Program-made: the position numbers and the translations under genes
The notes under the pieces: generated by a model
What the model was told of the DNA's origin: nothing
The model's database searches: none
What the model saw: only the letters and a program-made list of their open reading frames with translations
In this document: positions 46,392 to 54,546 of the stretch, in pieces
Position numbering within the stretch: position 1 is the first letter of the stretch
Layout: every line of letters begins with the position of its first letter
Source: Candidatus Saccharimonas aalborgensis
Lineage (GTDB): Bacteria > Patescibacteriota > Saccharimonadia > Saccharimonadales > Saccharimonadaceae
Direction of reading: 5' to 3'
NCBI GenBank assembly: GCA_049288955.1
Contig: JBAQIS010000021.1
Location: forward strand, 22,364-86,363
DNA length: 64,000 nucleotides

Positions 46392-48185
46392 CTAGTAAAC
46401 ATACTGATTATTTAAAGGGTGCAGAAAGATCGCGTCTCTTGGCTGCCGCACTGTGCCCGGCGTGGTGCTACCAATACCAATTTGTCCATCACTATTTGCA
46501 CCCCAACAATAGCTAATATTGTTCGCGATAGCGCATATGCGCATCGCGCCACCTGTGAGGCCGTATATCCTATTGTTTGCGAACACACTGGGAGTATAGG
46601 TATCAGTGACAGCGACCGGCACAGCCGTACGAACCGATGCCCCATCGCCACGCGTGGATGACGCGCCCCAGCAGTAGGCTCGACTGGTGTTTATGTCGCC
46701 GCCCGTATAGGCGGTGACGCAACCACCTCCCGCCGACGTACCAAGCTCCACGGGCGTTCTGCCCGACAGCACACCCGATGTTGATACTGCTTGGGGTGCG
46801 ATGTATAACCACGCAGGAAACGTATTGCCGCTGAGGCCCATAGTGCCGTTGTTTCCCAGGCCGCCGTCTAGATTGCTGCCCCAGCAGTAGGCGCGGGCAT
46901 CGGCAGTGGTTGTCGTGTAGGCGATCGCACAAGTGTGTGCGTTGCCTTGTGCAATACCTCCGTTCACCCCGGGTTCATAGTAAGCATTGCCATCGCCAGT
47001 GATGGCAATGACTTTTTTACCCGACAACGCCCCTCCGGTGTAGACAGCAGTGGGGACGATAGCCTTGTTGGTGGCATTAGTTCCTGTAGGCATCACATTT
47101 ATTCCGAGCTCACCGTCTTGGTTGCTCCCCCAGCAGTAGGCCACGAATGAGGCGATGGCACAGATGTGGTTGTTGAAAGCTCCTGAGGGTGATACGTACG
47201 AGATAGTTTTGTTGGCAAGGGCACCATAACCTCCCGAGGGGCCGCCGATGAGCACAGGAGTTAGCACCGAAACATTTGAGGATTTATTATTGCCCACCTG
47301 ACCGCTAGAGTTGCTCCCCCAACAATAGAGCTCTCCGCCGTCAGTGAGCGCACACGCTGCGTTGCCGGTTACCCCTAATTTAAGGACATTTTTGCCCACT
47401 AGACCACCAACTTTTACTGGCACTGAACTATCGGTTGTTGAATTGTTACCCAGCTGACCCTGGTTGTTCCTTCCCCAGCAGTATGCCTCGCCAGTTTCAA
47501 TAACAACACAGTTGAAATAGCCTCCCGATGCCATCTGTGTGACTTTGTAGGCGCCAATGCCGCTTGGATACGGATCGCGCTTCACTTTGACAGGAATTAG
47601 GCTGTCAGTTGTTGTGCCATTGCCAAGCTGGCCATACTGGTTCCTCCCCCAGCAATATGTACTGTAGGAGAGCACGCCGCAGGTGCGCAGCGTGCCACTC
47701 GTAGACTGTTGGCTCGAAAGCGTTGGATCCCAGGTGAGAGTTTTTTTGACAAGGCTCGTATATGTCTTTGTGCTCCCGCCCGTGCCAACGGTTGCAGTTC
47801 CGGTTGCAGATATTTGCACACTGTTACCAAGGCTGGCATCGAGGTCACCTACGCTATATGTGGTGGTGAGGCCTGTCCGTGTGTACACAGACGATGGATA
47901 GCCTCCGATCGTTGCCCCGCTACAGTCAGTTTGTGGTGTTAGGTTGGGTTTGCTTGCGGCTGGGCCCCATGTTTGCACATGCCCAGATGCTTCGAGGCAA
48001 CTAGCGGCGTACGACGTACCCGCTTCAGCGGCTTGCTCAGCGAGCCGCATATAGTATCGGCTCTGAGTGATCGTGAGAAGAGTTGAGCTGTTTTGTAGCA
48101 ATGATAACAAAATTGTGAGTACGACAATCGACAACACAAGCATAGCTGGCAGAGAAAAGCCCTCCTGAGATCGTACAGTCCTCAT
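46392..48185 (-). CDS. PilX-like pseudopilin N-terminus fused to an RCC1-repeat beta-propeller
   Basis: 597 aa; N-terminal EGFSLPAMLVLSIVVLTILLSL; at least 7 repeats of YCWG(S/R)N..GQLGN. Confidence 0.8.
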   Translation of the reverse strand: MRTVRSQEGFSLPAMLVLSIVVLTILLSLLQNSSTLLTITQSRYYMRLAEQAAEAGTSYAASCLEASGHVQTWGPAASKPNLTPQTDCSGATIGGYPSSVYTRTGLTTTYSVGDLDASLGNSVQISATGTATVGTGGSTKTYTSLVKKTLTWDPTLSSQQSTSGTLRTCGVLSYSTYCWGRNQYGQLGNGTTTDSLIPVKVKRDPYPSGIGAYKVTQMASGGYFNCVVIETGEAYCWGRNNQGQLGNNSTTDSSVPVKVGGLVGKNVLKLGVTGNAACALTDGGELYCWGSNSSGQVGNNKSSNVSVLTPVLIGGPSGGYGALANKTISYVSPSGAFNNHICAIASFVAYCWGSNQDGELGINVMPTGTNATNKAIVPTAVYTGGALSGKKVIAITGDGNAYYEPGVNGGIAQGNAHTCAIAYTTTTADARAYCWGSNLDGGLGNNGTMGLSGNTFPAWLYIAPQAVSTSGVLSGRTPVELGTSAGGGCVTAYTGGDINTSRAYCWGASSTRGDGASVRTAVPVAVTDTYTPSVFANNRIYGLTGGAMRICAIANNISYCWGANSDGQIGIGSTTPGTVRQPRDAIFLHPLNNQYVY

Positions 48186-48964
48186 GGATGGTTCACCCGC
48201 GTGATACGCATTGTTGTCGTACTTGCTATCGGGGAGCTGCCCTGAGTTGCTAGTGTGAGTGTGATGCCAACGCTGTCCATCGTATCAAGGACCGCTGGGT
48301 CGCTTGACGAATAGACATCTGTAGGTGACGTGTCTGTGCCAGAGTAGTAATCGATGGCAAAGCCGGATACGTTTTCCGCGATCACCTCATCGGCAGCTTT
48401 GCATATGGCATTCCAGGGACTGACACTCGGAGGGCATGATTGTTTTTGGTATTGCGGTGGATTGCAGGTTGCCGTTGTTGAGTCGGTAATCGTGCGCCGA
48501 AACAGGGAGTTGTTACGTACAAAATATACAATAAGGTACGGTAACTTTGGGTTATCGTACAAGTTGGTTGCGCAGCTAAATGCCCCTTGCTTATAGACGG
48601 CCTGGCGCGTGTTGCCGAGGGCGTTAGTGGTTGTCGCGTACTGACTGAGCAAAAGTGATCGCGTAGTCGATGATGTGCCGCTATAGGTGACGGGGGTGCC
48701 GCCATTATCTCTGCCATATGGATCACTAAAACCTGCGGGCATGCTTGTAGAAAATGCAAAACTATAGCGCACATCATGTTCCAGCACCGACATCCCAAGC
48801 TGTGCTGTTGCATCGAGCGAAGCTTGAGTGACCATTCGGCTTGATTGGCGGTAGTTATCAATATATATCGTAAATATTGCAGAGGATAAGATTGCAAGTA
48901 CGGTCATGGTGACGACGAGCTCAACAAGTGTAAAGCCTGGACTGGAATGCTTAGTATGCTTCAT
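48182..48964 (-). CDS. Minor pilin (PilW-like), prepilin-type N-terminus
   Basis: SPGFTLVELVVTMTVLAIL; 4-nt overlap with the downstream gene. Confidence 0.75.
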   Translation of the reverse strand: MKHTKHSSPGFTLVELVVTMTVLAILSSAIFTIYIDNYRQSSRMVTQASLDATAQLGMSVLEHDVRYSFAFSTSMPAGFSDPYGRDNGGTPVTYSGTSSTTRSLLLSQYATTTNALGNTRQAVYKQGAFSCATNLYDNPKLPYLIVYFVRNNSLFRRTITDSTTATCNPPQYQKQSCPPSVSPWNAICKAADEVIAENVSGFAIDYYSGTDTSPTDVYSSSDPAVLDTMDSVGITLTLATQGSSPIASTTTMRITRVNHP

Positions 48965-49352
48965 AGCCTGCATAGACAAACTCCGTGTTATTTGCTCCAT
49001 ATGTCACTTTCGACGTCACTGCTATTACACCAGGGCATCCGTATGGCGCCGAAGCGGTTACTAGCTGTGTGACCGGAGATGGTAACCCGCTGATGCCTGC
49101 AGTACTATTGAGGAGGGTGGCGGTACTACCAGCGTTACAGTTAAACCAGTTGCGCGCGCCGCTGCCATTCACATATTGACGCAAGTTGGCGTAGGATAGG
49201 TTGTCTGCTGTTGTTCGACGTGATGTACTGACCGAAATGGTTAGCGAGGAAATGCCCAGTCCCAGTATGCCGAACAGGAATATACTTGAAGCAATGATCG
49301 TGACGATGACCTCTACCAGGGTAAACCCTGACTGCCCGCTGCGAGCGATCAT
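48951..49352 (-). CDS. Minor pilin (PilV-like), prepilin-type N-terminus
   Basis: QSGFTLVEVIVTIIASSIF; 133 aa; ATGA overlap with the upstream gene. Confidence 0.75.
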   Translation of the reverse strand: MIARSGQSGFTLVEVIVTIIASSIFLFGILGLGISSLTISVSTSRRTTADNLSYANLRQYVNGSGARNWFNCNAGSTATLLNSTAGISGLPSPVTQLVTASAPYGCPGVIAVTSKVTYGANNTEFVYAGYEAY

Positions 49353-49819
49353 TGTTGCCTCATACTTTCCCTGACCATAGTGCTACCAGTTGCCTCGCTG
49401 TAATAATAGAGACGGTATCTGACACAGGGTGCGGTGCTACAGAGGGTGCCGGTTGCCGTAAATGGCTGGTAGATATAGGTATTTTGGGTGGCGGTTGCCG
49501 GCGAGGTTGATGAGGCGTTTACTAGGCTATATGAGGACTGTTTTGGTGCGATAAATATATCTTTACCATATGTTGCGGCAATACTGTCAAGCGAGCTACT
49601 AATATCGCTGGTTGTGGGGTAGCCGGGACCACTTGTTGAAGCATTGAGTCGGTAGTAGTCTTCAAACGCACGCCCAATCGATGCAATATCGTTTTGTCGC
49701 TCAATATCTCTGGAACGATTTAGTAGTAAGGGGTCGGCGGCTATGGCAATAGCTGCCAATATCGTGACAATAGTTACAACCACAACGACTTCTACTACGG
49801 TATACCCACGCTCTATCAT
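49349..49819 (-). CDS. Pilin-like protein (FimU/GspH-like position), prepilin-type N-terminus
   Basis: MIERGYTVVEVVVVVTIVTILAAIAIA with Glu at +5. Confidence 0.7.
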   Translation of the reverse strand: MIERGYTVVEVVVVVTIVTILAAIAIAADPLLLNRSRDIERQNDIASIGRAFEDYYRLNASTSGPGYPTTSDISSSLDSIAATYGKDIFIAPKQSSYSLVNASSTSPATATQNTYIYQPFTATGTLCSTAPCVRYRLYYYSEATGSTMVRESMRQQ

Positions 49820-49918
49820 AGTTATATACCTATTGTATGCGAAAAACCAGAAACAGCAACCATGTAGTTACTATGTTTAGGCAGTGCTCCTCTAATAAGT
49901 GCTTCATTTGGGCGGTGT

Positions 49919-49955
49919 GCGCAGGAAGGGAGTTAAAGTACCTCCCCTCCTGCGC
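49919..49955 (-). terminator. GC-rich hairpin at the boundary of the high-GC module and the pilin operon
   Basis: GCGCAGGAAGGGAG-9 nt-CTCCCCTCCTGCGC (13 of 14 pairs). Confidence 0.45.
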
Positions 49956-49973
49956 GAGAACAACCACGTGGGA

Positions 49974-50393
49974 CTACATCATCTTCAGTCGGTTCTCCAT
50001 GATGCCGATCGCCTTTCGAACCGCCTGGATGTAGTCCAGGTAGGACTGAATGGACAGAGTGACGCTCCGAAGAGCAGCGAGTGCGTCCATCTCGCTGTGA
50101 GCGCGCAGACACAGCTCGGTGCCCATGGAGGCAAGCTGTGCAACGATCTCGTCGACGATAGTGCTTGCGGTCGCTGGGAGGTCACCGACCTTGATGCGGT
50201 AGGCGCAGGCTCGCAGCAGATCGCGTGCTTGTGTCATCACCCCGTGGAGGTTGGTGAAGTAGCCGATGATGGCCGCGTCGCGCTGCGTATCACGCGCCTG
50301 GGCGATGCGGTCGAGCGTCGGTGACATGGTGTCGGCTGCTGCAAGCAGCGTTTCTCGTTGCCTTGCGTTGATCATGACCTGCACGGACATCAT
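49974..50393 (-). CDS. All-helical hypothetical protein (139 aa, high GC)
   Basis: AAGGGG RBS; own promoter; the opposite-strand ORF 49899-50324 looks like a GC shadow. Confidence 0.55.
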   Translation of the reverse strand: MMSVQVMINARQRETLLAAADTMSPTLDRIAQARDTQRDAAIIGYFTNLHGVMTQARDLLRACAYRIKVGDLPATASTIVDEIVAQLASMGTELCLRAHSEMDALAALRSVTLSIQSYLDYIQAVRKAIGIMENRLKMM

Positions 50394-50452
50394 CCCCTTT
50401 CAGGACGAGTCGATGGGTGGTTGCTCCGTCTCAGGAAGAGACGGCTAAAGAT

Positions 50453-50481
50453 ACTATAGAATATAACAAAATGTAAAGCAA
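50453..50481 (-). promoter_or_regulatory. Sigma70-like promoter for the gene at 49974-50393
   Basis: Minus strand TTGCTT-17 nt-TATAGT. Confidence 0.45.
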
Positions 50482-50552
50482 ATATTTCTCATTATGATGC
50501 GTGGTCGGTGCAGTTCCCCACTTGGGAGAACTACACCGACCACATGCTCGTC

Positions 50553-50882
50553 TCAGCCGGCGTCGGGCGCCTTGGCGACCACGAGCGGTTCGTTGACACT
50601 GTCGATGAAGGCAGTGATCCGCGCCCCGATCGTCGACAGGAGCGTCCGGCGCTCCTCGGGCGTGGCGTGCGTTGCCCGCGCAGCAGCATCCATCACCTCA
50701 GTCTCGAGGTCATCGACTGCCTGACGGAGGGTGGTGATGACGTCACGGAAGGCATCCAAGACGTCATCCACATGCTGACGCGCCGTGCCAGCTTGAGCCT
50801 CAGCGGTGCCGAGGTCATTGATTGCAAGGACCACCTCATCTGCTGCTGCCTGCACGGACTTGCGTGAGGGCATGGTTGTCAA
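50553..50882 (-). CDS. All-helical hypothetical protein (109 aa, high GC)
   Basis: TTG start 5 nt after GGGAG; Ala/Asp/Val-rich helical-hairpin-like sequence. Confidence 0.5.
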   Translation of the reverse strand: MTTMPSRKSVQAAADEVVLAINDLGTAEAQAGTARQHVDDVLDAFRDVITTLRQAVDDLETEVMDAAARATHATPEERRTLLSTIGARITAFIDSVNEPLVVAKAPDAG

Positions 50883-50970
50883 GTGAACTCCCTTCGTTTG
50901 GTGCCACGGACCGTTCCGTAGCGAGCAGGGGTAACTATATCAGATTAGACGTACTACGTCAAACAATAAT

Positions 50971-51047
50971 TGGTCGGGGTGACTGGATTTGAACCGGCGA
51001 CCTCACCGTCCCGAACGGTGCGCGCTACCAAACTGCGCCACACCCCG
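50971..51047 (-). tRNA. tRNA-Pro (anticodon CGG), CCA encoded; T-stem has a C-A mismatch
   Basis: Hand fold: acceptor CGGGGTG/CACCCCG, D-arm GCGC-AGTTTGGTA-GCGC, anticodon arm CACCG-TTCGGGA-CGGTG, T-arm GCCGG-TTCAAAT-CCAGT (one mismatch, one G-U). Confidence 0.8.
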
Positions 51048-51174
51048 ATACCATACCCAGTATACACTGATGGTGCGGGAGGCAATAATACTTAACATTT
51101 TATGACATATATGATATAGTTCGTCCAGCTCTTCTACAATTTATTCCTTCTCTCACGGATTGAGGTGAAATCTC

Positions 51175-52014
51175 ATGAACAAGATGCAGAAGCCAAAGCT
51201 CAGCGGCTTCCGCAAGAAGGCGGCCGAGGGGTTCCTGCTCGGCGCCGTCGTGATCTCCCTCTTTCCGTGGGCGATTACGCGCTGGGTAGTGATTCCAGCT
51301 GTCTGGCTCCTTCTCGTGCTGGAGTTGATCAACGTCTCATCTTGGCACAACAAGCTCTGGGACAGGCTGCCGTGGCGGATGCGGCTCCTGATGGATCGAC
51401 CCCAGTGGCCTGGTGCATCAAGCAGGATCCTGCCGCTGTTTGTCGTCATGACGACGGGGCTGGCGGCGTCGATGCTGTGGCTCTACTCCTCATGGCAGCT
51501 CCTCCTTGTACTGCTGGTCAACGCCGTCTTTACCGATGTGTGGGCCCAGGTGGGTGGCATGTTGGCCAAGAAGCGTGCCATTCGCCAGGGTCGCGCAGCT
51601 CCGAAGCAATTCTCTCCTGACTCGCCCAACAAGACATGGGTAGGTGTGGTGAGTGGTCTTATCGGTGGCGCGCTCAGCGGGTTCGTTGCCGCGTGGGTGC
51701 TGGTGACGTTCTGCGGGCTGGGAATCCCGTGGTTTGTCTACGCACTCATGCTGGGAGGCCCGATCGTGGTGGTCCTGGGCGACCTCTTTGAGAGCCGCCT
51801 CAAGCGCGAGGTAGAAATCAAGGACCTGAGTCGGTTCTTTGGCTCTCACGGTGGGGCCTGTGACCGGCTTGACGGTCTGGCTTCCTACCTCGCGACCGTG
51901 GCTTTGACTATCTACGCGCTGGCGTGCTGGCCGTGGTGGATCTGGCTGCTCGTCGCTGCCTGGGATGCAATCGTCATTCGCGAGCTCATGCGCCCGCGGC
52001 GCCGCACGACCTGA
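51175..52014 (+). CDS. Phosphatidate cytidylyltransferase (CdsA) family membrane protein (about 63% GC)
   Basis: 279 aa; SPDSPNKTWVG (compare SPxKTxEG) and ESRLKREVEIKDLSRFFGSHGGACDRLDGL (compare the CdsA signature); GAGGTGA RBS. Confidence 0.65.
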   Translation: MNKMQKPKLSGFRKKAAEGFLLGAVVISLFPWAITRWVVIPAVWLLLVLELINVSSWHNKLWDRLPWRMRLLMDRPQWPGASSRILPLFVVMTTGLAASMLWLYSSWQLLLVLLVNAVFTDVWAQVGGMLAKKRAIRQGRAAPKQFSPDSPNKTWVGVVSGLIGGALSGFVAAWVLVTFCGLGIPWFVYALMLGGPIVVVLGDLFESRLKREVEIKDLSRFFGSHGGACDRLDGLASYLATVALTIYALACWPWWIWLLVAAWDAIVIRELMRPRRRTT

Positions 52015-52034
52015 GGAGGAAACAAGAAAGAGCA

Positions 52035-52058
52035 ACTCGGGTGTCCCAGCACCCGAGT
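52035..52058 (+). terminator. Hairpin after the CdsA-family gene
   Basis: ACTCGGGTG-tcccag-CACCCGAGT followed by CTTTCTTTATCT. Confidence 0.5.
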
Positions 52059-52071
52059 CTTTCTTTATCTG

Positions 52072-52186
52072 TGCCTCCCCCCTCCCCACTCCAGACAACC
52101 GGCCCGTCGCTAACTACATCAGCCTTCGCTCTTGACGGGCCTTGGCCCATCAGGGCCAACTGTCTGTCGGAGGAGGGGTTGAGGCA
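52072..52186 (+). repeat. Structured GC-rich repeat, copy C (about 115 nt)
   Basis: Core matches copy B with 4 substitutions in 100 nt, two of them a compensatory pair in the 8-bp stem (GCC/GGC to GTC/GAC). Confidence 0.85.
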
Positions 52187-52268
52187 TAGCCTCTATATAA
52201 TTGACAAAACAATTATAAAAGTATACTATATATTATACCTAACCCCGAGTAGAATAAGAGGACTCCTT

Positions 52269-52796
52269 ATGGGACGTTTTGAGGCTCCGAATGGGCACGA
52301 CTTCTGGCTCGTCCAGGAGATCTGCAACAACCCACACAATCCCGCGACGTGGAACTTCATGGACACGCTATCGGTCTCGCCGATGCCTGCCACCGAGTTC
52401 CAGGGTGGCCGACTCGAGCAAGAGCTGGCCAGCCTGCGCGTTGAGCACCCCGGTGAGTTTATCACCATGGGGGCTGTTATCAGCGTTGCTGATGTCAGCC
52501 GGACCGTGTTCCTCGTCTGCCCTATCCGGGCCCTGCATGGGCTCGTGGACGATTTCGAGCAGTGGTTCAGGGATCCGACGGAGGTCATCCACCGGACCAA
52601 GGTCCCGACCCGGTTCGGACACGCGTTCCTCAATAAGCAGCACCTCCATGGTGTCAACGCGGCCGACAGCGGATCGTACAATGGTCGCATCGTCGCCTGG
52701 TGGTCGCTCGAGGACCAGGTGTTCTGGACGCTGGATGCCATGATCGCGCGCCACATCTGTTCGTGGCTGAACGGAGAGGAGTTCACCGAGGGGTAA
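52269..52796 (+). CDS. Hypothetical protein (175 aa, about 60% GC)
   Basis: AAGAGGA RBS 6 nt before the ATG; TTGACA...TATACT promoter-like sequence at 52203-52230; no motif recognised. Confidence 0.55.
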   Translation: MGRFEAPNGHDFWLVQEICNNPHNPATWNFMDTLSVSPMPATEFQGGRLEQELASLRVEHPGEFITMGAVISVADVSRTVFLVCPIRALHGLVDDFEQWFRDPTEVIHRTKVPTRFGHAFLNKQHLHGVNAADSGSYNGRIVAWWSLEDQVFWTLDAMIARHICSWLNGEEFTEG

Positions 52797-52824
52797 GCAA
52801 ACCCCGCACTGCATTCACAAGCTC

Positions 52825-52861
52825 ATGATGAGACCCCGGATGCGCTGCGGGGTCTCATCAT
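52825..52861 (+). terminator. 14-bp stem hairpin after the 175-aa ORF
   Basis: ATGATGAGACCCCG-9 nt-CGGGGTCTCATCAT. Confidence 0.5.
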
Positions 52862-52874
52862 GCCCAATATCAAA

Positions 52875-52910
52875 ACTACCTCTCTGGTATAGAGAGGTAG
52901 TCCTTTTTTT
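52875..52910. terminator. Bidirectional intrinsic terminator (serves rplK on the minus strand)
   Basis: ACTACCTCTCT-ggtat-AGAGAGGTAGT flanked by an A-run and a T-run. Confidence 0.7.
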
Positions 52911-52923
52911 GAAAACGAACTGA

Positions 52924-53349
52924 TTAGTCGGTGACTTCGACGCCCATACTGCGTGCAGTACCAGCGATGACCTTGACCGCACCATCCATGTCGATGGCAT
53001 TGAGCTGTTTCATCTTGGTTTCGGCGATTTCTTCGAGTTGCTTGCGAGAGATTTTGCCGACTTTCTCTGTGTGTGGTTTGCCGCTGCCTTTTTTGATGCC
53101 GATCTTTTCGCGGATCATGTCGTCAACGGGTTGGCCGAGACTTTTCCACGCAAAGGTGCGATCTTCGAACACCTGAATGTGAACGATGACGTCCTTGCCT
53201 ATCATATCTTTGGTTGCTTCGTTGAATGGATTGATAAAATCCATCATGTTGAGGCCCCACTGACCGAGCGTGCTTCCGACTGGAGGACCAGCGGTGGCGC
53301 GACCTGCGGGGATGCGGAGCTTCAAGTTACCGATAACTTGTTTTGCCAT
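52924..53349 (-). CDS. rplK: 50S ribosomal protein L11
   Basis: 141 aa; PAGRATAGPPVGSTLGQWGLNMMDF. Confidence 0.95.
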   Translation of the reverse strand: MAKQVIGNLKLRIPAGRATAGPPVGSTLGQWGLNMMDFINPFNEATKDMIGKDVIVHIQVFEDRTFAWKSLGQPVDDMIREKIGIKKGSGKPHTEKVGKISRKQLEEIAETKMKQLNAIDMDGAVKVIAGTARSMGVEVTD

Positions 53350-53415
53350 AGTTTGATTAACTTTCCTTGATTACTAAATATAATGTGAAGCAAATATTTA
53401 GTGCGTAACAGATGA

Positions 53416-53444
53416 ATTATACCTGATCGGGGTTATTTTTGCAA
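53416..53444 (-). promoter_or_regulatory. Near-consensus promoter for rplK
   Basis: Minus strand TTGCAA-17 nt-TATAAT, about 65 nt upstream of the rplK ATG; overlaps the 3' end of the upstream CDS. Confidence 0.55.
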
Positions 53445-54509
53445 GCGTGACTGGGAGATGGCTCGTTCGGCGGTTTGTCCCAATACAAGGCAACTCCGAT
53501 CGCGCGGAAGTGCTTCGAGCGCTTTGTCCATCGGCCAAAATGAGGGACTGCTCTGACCGAGGGTGGTGTTTTCGAAGCAGCCAAGCTCAGCAGCAATCCG
53601 AACCGGTCCCGCGATGCCATGTGTTTTTGCCGCTAGCTGGTCGTAGCGTGCGATGAGACGCTGGAGGAGAGGTACAACAATGCTACCGCCATAGTGCCCC
53701 ACTGCCGATAGATCATTGCGATCAATTTCGGGGTATGGCAACTCGATGCGAAACTTTTGGCCATCGCCATTGCCGAGTTCCATACTTTGTCCGCCGACAC
53801 GCGCGACTTCTTCGTCAAAGACGGCGCGAATTTGATCGAGAAAATCGCGCAATAGCGGATAATCTTTTGCCGCTGCTTCGGTCGAATGGCTCATATCCCA
53901 CATCAATATGTAGGCATTTGGTGTGGTAGGTACGTCTAGCAAGAGCTTGTCGGCGAGCGAGTAGTAACCCTGCCCGAGGGTATCGAGTTGCGCAGTGGAT
54001 GCCTGAATTGCTTGGTGGTATTGCTGCCACAACTGGCGAAGCTGTAGCTCGCTCGGAAGCTTGCCATGCTCGGGCGAAAAAGCAAATTGAAAGACAGCCT
54101 CACCCTCACGTTCTAGCGCGAGCGGCATGCCAAAAACGATATGTTGCTCTGGGTTCATGAGACTCGGCGCAAACTCAGATCGACCAGTACGAAATGTCTC
54201 ACCGACCCGAGAGGCAACGAGGTCGACGCGTCGACCATTGATATTCGTTCGCTGGAAGTCAAGTCGTGCATCATCGATCGCAGGTGCATTGATGGCGGTA
54301 ATCGCCGCAGCCGAGTCACTATACCAGCGGTCACGCATAAATAGCACAACACCGTCAAATGCAGCGCATTGCCCGAGAGAGCGCACCACAGGATCAACGG
54401 CAGTGTAGATATCGCCGATCGCCTGGACGAGATCGGGTCGCTCTGCCCGTAAGTACTGTTCGTGACGGTTCGCCCGCTCCGGATTATTGGTGTCTGCTGA
54501 CCAAATCAT
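53433..54509 (-). CDS. Class III nucleotidyl-cyclase-like protein with N-terminal sensor-like domain
   Basis: 358 aa; YILMWDMSHSTEAA (compare FxDxxGFT), ELGNGDGQKFRIE (compare KxxGDA), PVRIAAELGCF (compare RIGIHxG); Asn/Arg transition-state residues not evident. Confidence 0.5.
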   Translation of the reverse strand: MIWSADTNNPERANRHEQYLRAERPDLVQAIGDIYTAVDPVVRSLGQCAAFDGVVLFMRDRWYSDSAAAITAINAPAIDDARLDFQRTNINGRRVDLVASRVGETFRTGRSEFAPSLMNPEQHIVFGMPLALEREGEAVFQFAFSPEHGKLPSELQLRQLWQQYHQAIQASTAQLDTLGQGYYSLADKLLLDVPTTPNAYILMWDMSHSTEAAAKDYPLLRDFLDQIRAVFDEEVARVGGQSMELGNGDGQKFRIELPYPEIDRNDLSAVGHYGGSIVVPLLQRLIARYDQLAAKTHGIAGPVRIAAELGCFENTTLGQSSPSFWPMDKALEALPRDRSCLVLGQTAERAISQSRLQK

Positions 54510-54546
54510 AATACAAACTATATCCTAAAAACGGGTATTTTGCAAG

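Noticed and set aside
50471-50487. A 17-mer ATGT[A/G]AAGCAAATATTT is shared between the spacer upstream of the 139-aa gene and the rplK leader (53379-53395).
   Set aside because: It is an AT-rich 12-mer exact match plus 4 nt with one mismatch, which is within chance expectation for a 64-kb window. In one case it coincides with a -35 box, and in the other it does not.
51490-52814. Minus-strand ORFs of 202, 186 and 148 aa lie opposite the CdsA-like and 175-aa genes. The plus-strand ORF 51924-52796 extends upstream through the repeat.
   Set aside because: These are GC-shadow frames. The 290-aa plus-strand frame would read through terminator hairpins and repeat copy C, so the internal ATG at 52269, which has an AAGAGGA RBS, was preferred.
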